Below are positions 11,801 through 18,738 of a stretch of 18,738 bases of DNA, piece by piece (position 1 is the first letter of the stretch; the number at the start of each line of letters is the position of its first letter). This DNA is from Ginkgo biloba (taxonomy: Eukaryota > Plantae > Ginkgophyta). The DNA lies in contig JANKJI020000002.1 of NCBI GenBank assembly GCA_024626585.2, positions 13,215,413 to 13,234,150 on the forward strand. Reading direction: 5' to 3'. A model generated the notes under the pieces. It was given only the letters and a program-made list of their open reading frames with translations, searched no databases and was not told where the DNA came from. Made by a program: the position numbers and the translations under genes.

Positions 11801-11909
11801 TGAGGATTTTACTGCATAGTCACTTAAGGAGATTGGTTCAAAATCTAGTAATGAAGGTTCTTCATTTGAAAGGGATGAAGAAATTAAAGAAATGACTAAA
11901 ATGAACACC

Positions 11910-12491
11910 AATCCTCTTGTTCAAACCCTTGAAGATATTATTCAACCTCTTGCTGACTTGAAAGTTGATGATGGCAAGCATTATAAGCGAATTTCAAATC
12001 TACCTGTGCCATTCATAAGTACCCATGATGCTCAACAATGTCAACAGTTGAAAAGAGAGCTTCATGTCAAAATTATCGAGGAAGCAAATACATTGGTTGC
12101 AAATGCTCAAGGCTTGGACAACTAAACCATAGTCTCGATAATGAGAGACAAGAATGATGATACTTGGAGATCGGTCCTTCCCAACACTTATGTTTGGTAT
12201 GCAAGCTATGGATCAAACATGTGGAAACTAAGGTTTCTCTTTTATATTGAAGGTGGCTAGGTGGAAGGCAAGGCAACATATACCAGTGGTTCAGGAGGAG
12301 TGGCATTTCTTCATCCAAGTCGCAGTGATGATAACAAAGCACATGTTTGCTTATATGAAATAACGTTGGCATGGTTCAATGATCTATTACTTCAAGAGAA
12401 TGAGACAAACTGTAGGACAAAATATCCCTTGGTGGACATTGTTGGTATTGATTCAATTGGAATTGGGAATCTTGCACTGGAGCTTATAAAG
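11910..12491 (+). pseudogene. HDA5: Processed HDA5-like (class II histone deacetylase) fragment: linker plus C-terminal domain
   Basis: LEDIIQPLADLKVDD ... WRSVLPNTYVWYASYGSNMWKLRFLFYIEGG*VEG / GSGGVAFLHP...HVCLYEITLAWFNDLLLQEN matches the HDA5 C-terminal motifs WYASFGSNMWKPRFLCYIQGGQV, GGVAF and HMCLY.ITLEQFNDVL.QEN. Intronless; in-frame deletion of ~30 codons at ~12269. Confidence 0.9.
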
Positions 12492-12677
12492 TTGATGGAG
12501 TTTTCAGGAAGAAGGATTGTGTTGGCCTTAGAAGGTGGTTATAATCTTGGATCTTTAGCAGATTCATTCCTAGGTTGTGTGGAAACATTGCTTAAAAATA
12601 CACCCTCTAGTAGCTCTTATGTAGCCTATAAATTTGAATCAACATGGCATGTAATACAAGCAATTAGAGAGGCATTA
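12492..12677 (+). pseudogene. HDA5: Processed HDA5-like fragment: end of catalytic domain, out of colinear order
   Basis: LMEFSGRRIVLALEGGYNLGSLADSFLGCVETLL...AYKFESTWHVIQAIREAL matches HDA5 LMEFAQGKIVLALEGGYNL...AYPFESTWRVIQAVR. Confidence 0.93.
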
Positions 12678-12941
12678 CAAGTGTATGCTTTTTGTTGGTT
12701 ATCAACAACCTCCTTAAAGTTAGAGTTTGTGTTGCATCACGTTAATAATTCAAATAGTTCTACGGAAGCTCGTCAACTTGTACAACACAGTCATGATGTC
12801 TCTTTGATAGAATTCAAGAAGGGAAAAATGTTAGTCGGCTGGGTAAGAAATGATTTAACAGAGTCTATACCAACTTGTAGAATTCAAAGACTGGTCTTTT
12901 CAACGTGGTGTGCCTCTACAAAAATGAACAAGCTAGAGAAA

Positions 12942-13112
12942 AGACTTGGCACGAAGGAGTTTATTGAATCTCTTGCTACTCGAGGTGATGGGAGCATGAT
13001 CAAATAGTTTGGCGTAGGATTTTATTTTGCATATTTGGTTGCAGAGAAGGTGGTTGGCACCACCAAGCACAACGATAATGTACAATATGTTTGGGAATCT
13101 CAGACAGTTGGA
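12942..13112 (+). pseudogene. HSP90: Captured cytosolic HSP90 ATPase-domain fragment
   Basis: [53 protein letters not shown] vs [52 protein letters not shown]; followed by A16 (13112-13127). Confidence 0.95.
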
Positions 13113-13783
13113 AAAAAAAAAAAAAAAGGCAATCGCCCTCCCTCATCCAGTCTGAAACCATTTTTGTCTGCGAAGAATGCACGACCCACCACCAATAGAA
13201 TGGCACCGCCTCTTGAACAACCAACCTTCGAATAATTCATTTTGTCTCCTATCGTTCACTTTGAGCAAATGCCATACTCTGAACAGATGCAGTTATGGCA
13301 ATTGGAAACAATGGGAAAAAATATATAACTATACACAGTATGTTCTCCTAATGATAATGTACAATAAGATCCATATGATTCTAATTTGAAGTTTATAGAT
13401 TTTTTCCTAAATAGTCGTGTTAAATCCTAGTTAGACGAAGTAGGATCATCCAAGAAGAATCTATATGGATGGACCTAATGTAAAACTCATGTAAAGCTCA
13501 ACCATAGTTGCACAAGTTTTGGTAAACAATGAAGTTTCTACTTAGAAGAAACTTTGGAAATGGGTTTTCCCAAGGGTACAAAACACAGGGTGGGAAATGA
13601 TTGTATAAAATAGATGTTAAATTTTACTAATAGTTATTGCTTCGAAATTTCATACTACAATTTGTTGATTGCTTGTTTCAAATTTAAGCTATGTTCGAGT
13701 CAATAAACTACATTAGTCAACACCTAAGTTATAATTAATGTTCTTCAGTTTATAATCAACATTGAATTAATAATGGTTAATAT

Positions 13784-14208
13784 TGTAAAATAATTGCATA
13801 GAAAATTCAAGAGAGAAATGTAGCAAATGGAATTCAGCATTATCATTGAATGAATGAGACATATTTGAATATGACTCAAACTGTTGTTTACGTAGAACTT
13901 CCTACAAACTGTCCTAACTTCCATAATTATAGGAAGCGATTATTATTCAAAGTACGACATTAAAATAAATAAACTTTAACTCTAATAGCTAGACTAACCC
14001 CTACATGTGATCGCTACATACTTAGACATAATGTGAAACTAAGTTATGTATAATAAAATAGACATTAATATCTAACACCCCCCTTAAATGGCTATTTATT
14101 AGCCTTTACATGCAACATTTCTTGAAACCTAATAATTTTTTTTTCACATAACAGTTTGGTGAAAATGTCTACAATTTGCTCCTGAGTTGGACAATACAGG
14201 AGCTCAAT
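13784..14208 (-). mobile_element. Ty1/Copia 3' end: RNase H tail (14087-14208), PPT (14078-14085), 3' LTR (~13784-14077)
   Basis: Minus strand IELLYCPTQEQIVDIFTKLL (ADIFTK motif), then AAGGGGGG|TGTTAGA. The far end of the LTR (TTTTACA at ~13784) is an estimate. Confidence 0.88.
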
Positions 14209-14639
14209 NNNNNNNNNNNNNNNNNNNNNNNNNNNNNNNNNNNNNNNNNNNNNNNNNNNNNNNNNNNNNNNNNNNNNNNNNNNNNNNNNNNNNNNNNNNN
14301 NNNNNNNNGTTCATGAACATTAATGCGACACATTATCAATACAAAGTCCAAATCACTACATTTAATATTAAATTCTTTTATCAACAAAATAATAATAATA
14401 ATAATCTACACTAATACATAATAGAACTTTTCAAAATGATTATCCACCCATTTTTATTGGTTAACATACTATTTAATAAAATATGCACCGATTTAATCCA
14501 CAAAATTTACATTGATGCAACCTGAAAAATTTACATTGATCTAACCCAAAATATATAGGGTTGGATTGGTGTAAATAAAATATTATTGTTCTTATTGCTT
14601 TTAAATTTGTGTAAGGAAATGTTATATTTGTTTTATATA

Positions 14640-15215
14640 TAATGTGTGTATATATGTATAAACACACATATACATATACATATCTATTTATATCAAAAAA
14701 ATTAAAATTTTCTCTCCATATCTTACATTCGTTATTCCTTACAAAAAATCATGCACATGGCTCACATGCACATACGTGTGCATACATGCACAACATACAT
14801 GTACACACATATGTGCATATGCATGCTGCCTCACACACAAGAAACAATATTGTTTGTTATATGCAAATGTACAACCTGATGTTGAAAGGTAAGGTTGTGG
14901 ATACAATTGGTTTGATGTAAGTATGCACATGCATATTCACATACATATACATGGTAAATATGTATGTATTATATGTAAAAATTAATATTCTCTTTCCTAT
15001 GGTACATTCATTATTCTTGTTAAAACAAATCATGTGCATGGCTCACGTGCACACTCGTGTGCATACACACACAACATACACGTACACACATATGTGAACA
15101 TGCATGCATGCTCACACATAAACAAAATATTTTTGATGATAATAAATCATCCTCTCCTTGCAGATGTACAACATCACGCGGAAAGGAAAGGTTGTGAATA
15201 TAATTGGTTTGGATT
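14640..15215. repeat. Tandem duplication (~281 bp period) rich in alternating purine-pyrimidine (CA/TG/TA) tracts
   Basis: aaatcatg..catggctcac.tgcaca..cgtgtgcatac at ~14746 and ~15027; gaaagg.aaggttgtg.ata.aattggttt in both copies. Confidence 0.85.
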
Positions 15216-15688
15216 ATGATTTCATAAAAGGAATTAACCATGGAAAAATTTGCCATGAGTTTGTACTAACGACAATAATAGTATTAGTAATAATAATAAT
15301 AACAACTACAAGGGAGTGGGTCCTATACAAAAAAGTTCTAGATCATAAATACTTTTTTTTTTGTTTGTTTGTGTCATTAATACTAAGTGTTGTTTGTTGC
15401 TATCTTGGAAAGAGTGTTTTTGCACAATATGGCACGCTTTTCCAATAAAATTTCATGAGCATAATTATTTCTAGATATTAATGCAACAAAGAGCATTCTT
15501 ACTAATAAGCGGGATATGTATGGTTTGTTTGGGAATCTTTCAAAAAACCCTTTTTTAGGTGTTTAGTATGATATCTTTTTTGTTTTCATAATAGCATTTG
15601 AAGAAGTAGATACTCCATATTGATTATTGCATATGTAGCATTCATTTCTCTAATTGGAAGCATTGTCATTTGGGTTTTTACATTGCAG

Positions 15689-15817
15689 GATGGAAGGCAT
15701 CTTGATGATCTTAATTCATGGTTCCTACCTATGCCAACTGACACATGCATTGTTGTCCCAGGATCAAATCATGACTTCAAGTCCTCTATTTTTCGTGCAG
15801 TGATTTCATCTCCAGTG
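15689..15817 (+). CDS. Internal exon of prolyl oligopeptidase/oligopeptidase B-like (S9A) gene, At1g69020-like (beta-propeller end)
   Basis: ttgcag| acceptor and |gtatgt donor, 129 bp, phase 0/0; encodes DGRHLDDLNSWFLPMPTDTCIVVPGSNHDFKSSIFRAVISSPV, which joins the next exon as SSPV|MPEAVVDYD. Confidence 0.9.
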
Positions 15818-18050
15818 GTATGTTTGTAAAATCTATGTGTAGTCTTTTATTTTATTTGAAATTGTTTAATGTTGTCTAGGATCAAAATAGGCCTATTGGA
15901 CCTTTATGAGATTCATGATCTTAATGGTGACTTCTCTGTTCTAGATTTATGTTATGAGGCTTCTTGTTGTACTACTATCCTTACTATTTCAACAAGTTTT
16001 GAATGTTATTCGTTTTGGCTATAATATCATGTGAGTTATCTCCAATATAAATTATCTTGAATATTCATGTTGGTTAGGCACTCTAGGGCTTGCTACTTAT
16101 CTTCTTCTTTGCATATGCTGCACAATTGGTGTATTCTTTCCTCCCATCCCATTGTTGGGTTTTTCAATCTCCCTCTTTCACTCTATAGTTCATGGGAATT
16201 TATCTTAATCCTACATATATATCATTTCTTTTTTTAGCTTGATAGGTTGTGTAAGTAATTTTATGGTTTCAACTCTTAGTTGATGATCTCTTTATTGACA
16301 ATGACATTCGGATATTGTAGTTGACTANNNNNNNNNNNNNNNNNNNNNNNNNNNNNNNNNNNNNNNNNNNNNNNNNNNNNNNNNNNNNNNNNNNNNNNNN
16401 NNNNNNNNNNNNNNNNNNNNNNNNNNNTGCATCTTGTGTGGAAAAAAATGTATATATATTAGCCACACCCCTGAACCTATGTGCTCCACTTCAAAATATG
16501 CCACACCTGCATCTATCCATGCACCTGCACCTGAGAGACCTGTTAACCTTTTATCAAACCATGACACTAAAAGAAAAGGAGGAAAAAAAAATTGAAATAT
16601 TCAGATGAACGAATAATTTCAACTGTCATTGTTTTCAAACACCAACACATACTAGGAAAACCCTTAAGCGCTAGTGTACAGTGCTTGTTTTGAGGAGGAT
16701 TGCCAACCTGAAACCTGCTGAATCGGCTAAATCCTTGGTGTTAGGACTGTTACCTTTGCAAAGCAACAGCTGAAAGGGCATAGCATGGCATTCATCTTGG
16801 TACAAGCCCAAGCTAATGTAATAACATCACAGTAGATAACCGTAAGAGAGTCTGAAGTCTTCAGGGCCAAGCATGCACACCTTGTCCCTTGTTACCATGG
16901 AAGCCAAGGCACAGAGGCCATATAACTTCTGTAACCCTTCAGACCACAAATGTTCAAAGGCAGAAATGGTCCAAGCCCAAACCGAGTCTTTGGCAATCAA
17001 CAAATGACAGATGGAAAACAGAAGAGCTCCCCAGATGCGGTTGAACATGTTGATCCACCTCCCTTAATATGAAAACTGATCCTGCTAGGGCCAAAAGATG
17101 CTGTTATGAAACCTTATGTTTCCTATCATTGTCTTGAAGGCAGGCACAGTAAACTCCATTTCTTCACACCTGAAGTCAGTAAGAGATGCCAGGCTATTGT
17201 AAGGTACACCTACTTGATCGAGTTTTGAGCAAGCTGTAGCTGCCACACCTAAAACTCAGTCTTCAGAAGAAACAACCATGGCCACCAAGATGGGTGAATG
17301 TGAAGCTATTCACCATGTACCTTGTCTACTGTCCTTGATGACACTCAGACCACTATTGCACTAGCAAGACGCTTCCAAGACCACTCCTAGCATGCTCCTC
17401 TTCTTCAGCAGCATTTGACAACCTTAGAAGAGCTTCACAGTAGAGCAGCAAAGGCACATCTCTTCTCATACCATCCATAAGTTCTGTACTTAGTCATGAT
17501 ATTTCACATGCATTATATACAAGGTTGCTGTTCTAGTGCATGAATTGTTAGACCCACGTATATTTGTTGATGCACGTGACTTNNNNNNNNNNNNNNNNNN
17601 NNNNNNNNNNNNNNNNNNNNNNNNNNNNNNNNNNNNNNNNNNNNNNNNNNNNNNNNNNNNNNNNNNNNNNNNNNNNNNNNNNNNNNNNNNNNNNNNNNNN
17701 NNNNCTTTTGAAAACCCTTATGATTTTAAGTATTTATCTGCTCTAACTTTTATTTATATTATAATGATTTGCTTTGGCATTAGTGACTTTTTTTTTCTGG
17801 AACAAGTGCTTCTTTGGGCTACCTGCTCATTGGCTAATATGTCCTCATGAGATTTGATCATGTGCCATTATGGTGAAAGAAATTGCTTTCCACCAATTGG
17901 GCTAACCCTGGGGACTATTATTGGTGATTTGATGTTGTTTTGTAATGAGCTTTGCATTTGAAGGATAATTTACAAGTTTTCCTGTCTGTCATTTATTATA
18001 TTCCGAGGCAGCGTGCATCCTCTTTGGTTAATTTTGAAGGTGCTTTGCAG

Positions 18051-18490
18051 ATGCCCGAGGCTGTAGTTGACTATGACTTATCTAGGCAATGTTTCACATT
18101 AGTGCACCAAGAGGAGATATTGGGTGTTACCAGCACTGCTGGAAAAACATGGGCCTTGATGAATCATAGTAAATCTTCTCNNNNNNNNNNAACAATTGAG
18201 GATCCAGAAATCCCAATTATGGAAGCGAGTAACATCAAAGGAGCTGAAGAAGATAGCTCCTGGAGTGACTTATCTGAACTGTATTCCTGTGAGAGAAGGG
18301 AAGTGTTGTCACATGATGGTGCCAACATCCCTCTTACCATTATCTGTTCTTGGAAACTAAAGAAGGATGGAAAAAATCCAGGATTGATATATGGCTATGG
18401 AGCATATGGAGAAGTCCTGGATAAGCGATGGTGCAGCGACCGTATGAGCTTACTAGACCGTGGCTGGGTTATTGCATTCGCTGATGTGAG
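18051..18490 (+). CDS. Internal exon of prolyl oligopeptidase/oligopeptidase B-like (S9A) gene (start of catalytic domain)
   Basis: ttgcag| acceptor; MPEAVVDYDLS...VLSHDGANIPLTI...PGLIYGYGAYGEVLDKRWCSDRMSLLDRGWVIAFADVR are S9A motifs. Contains a 10-N gap; ends at AG|gcaagt. Confidence 0.93.
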
Positions 18491-18496
18491 GCAAGT
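18491..18496 (+). other. Probable non-canonical GC 5' splice site
   Basis: AG|GCAAGT at the point where homology (ADVR, expected RGGG) stops and T-rich intron-like sequence begins. Confidence 0.75.
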
Positions 18497-18738
18497 TTGT
18501 TTGGTTTTCCATTGAGGTGTTTTTGATTGTTTCTGTATTCTTTGTTTCATTATTGGGCCAAGCAATGGTTTATTTCTGCATTGTTATTTCAAGCTGATAG
18601 ATGTACAGATAGTGAGCTGTGAAAGTCTAGCTGATTAGAACATTTTTTAAATTCCTGTCTACATGAGGCCATAGATGACTTCTAACTTGTAACAATCCTG
18701 CCTTGATCACAGTGCTAACTACATTAATTCACTTAGCT

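Noticed and set aside
12714-12795. Ribosomal S4-like motif (NSSTEARQLVQHSH)
   Set aside because: Too short, and the flanks do not convincingly match; left unassigned.
12261-13007. 248-aa ORF as a functional histone deacetylase gene
   Set aside because: It lacks most of the catalytic domain, its segments are out of order, and it is bounded by nonsense mutations within conserved motifs.
13112-13127. A16 as the poly(A) tail of an HSP90 retrogene
   Set aside because: It follows mid-CDS sequence with no 3' UTR and no evident target-site duplication; more likely a junction or slippage run, although premature polyadenylation cannot be excluded.
13586-13610. gggtgggaaatgat|tgta as PPT and 3' LTR start of the + strand cassette
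   Set aside because: Position is plausible but the tract is impure and no matching 5' LTR is visible, so it is not called.
16620-17480. GC-richer intronic segment with 73-aa minus ORF (16827-17048)
   Set aside because: No recognisable domain in any frame I read; possibly an old TE remnant but unsupported.

Overview
AT-rich plant genomic scaffold with many N gaps. The transposon style and intron length suggest a large-genome seed plant such as a gymnosperm (inference). The only intact host coding sequence is two + strand exons (15689-15817, 18051-18490) of a prolyl oligopeptidase/oligopeptidase B (S9A) gene; the second exon ends in a probable GC donor. The upstream 15.7 kb is decayed LTR-retrotransposon sequence: Gypsy gag, protease and RNaseH-integrase remnants, a tRNA-Met PBS with adjacent LTR, and a Copia RNaseH-PPT-LTR end. 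The most notable content is two cassettes of captured host-gene fragments on either side of the gap at 10834-10933. (i) Minus strand, 9662-10833: At4g38062-like coiled-coil, HSP101/ClpB and PPR fragments just upstream of a Copia-type PPT and LTR start. (ii) Plus strand, ~11820-13235: an intronless HDA5 copy whose C-terminal domain precedes the end of the catalytic domain, as expected from reverse transcription across a circRNA back-splice junction, fused in the same frame to an HSP90 fragment. Protein assignments rest on motifs recalled from known families; no database search was run.
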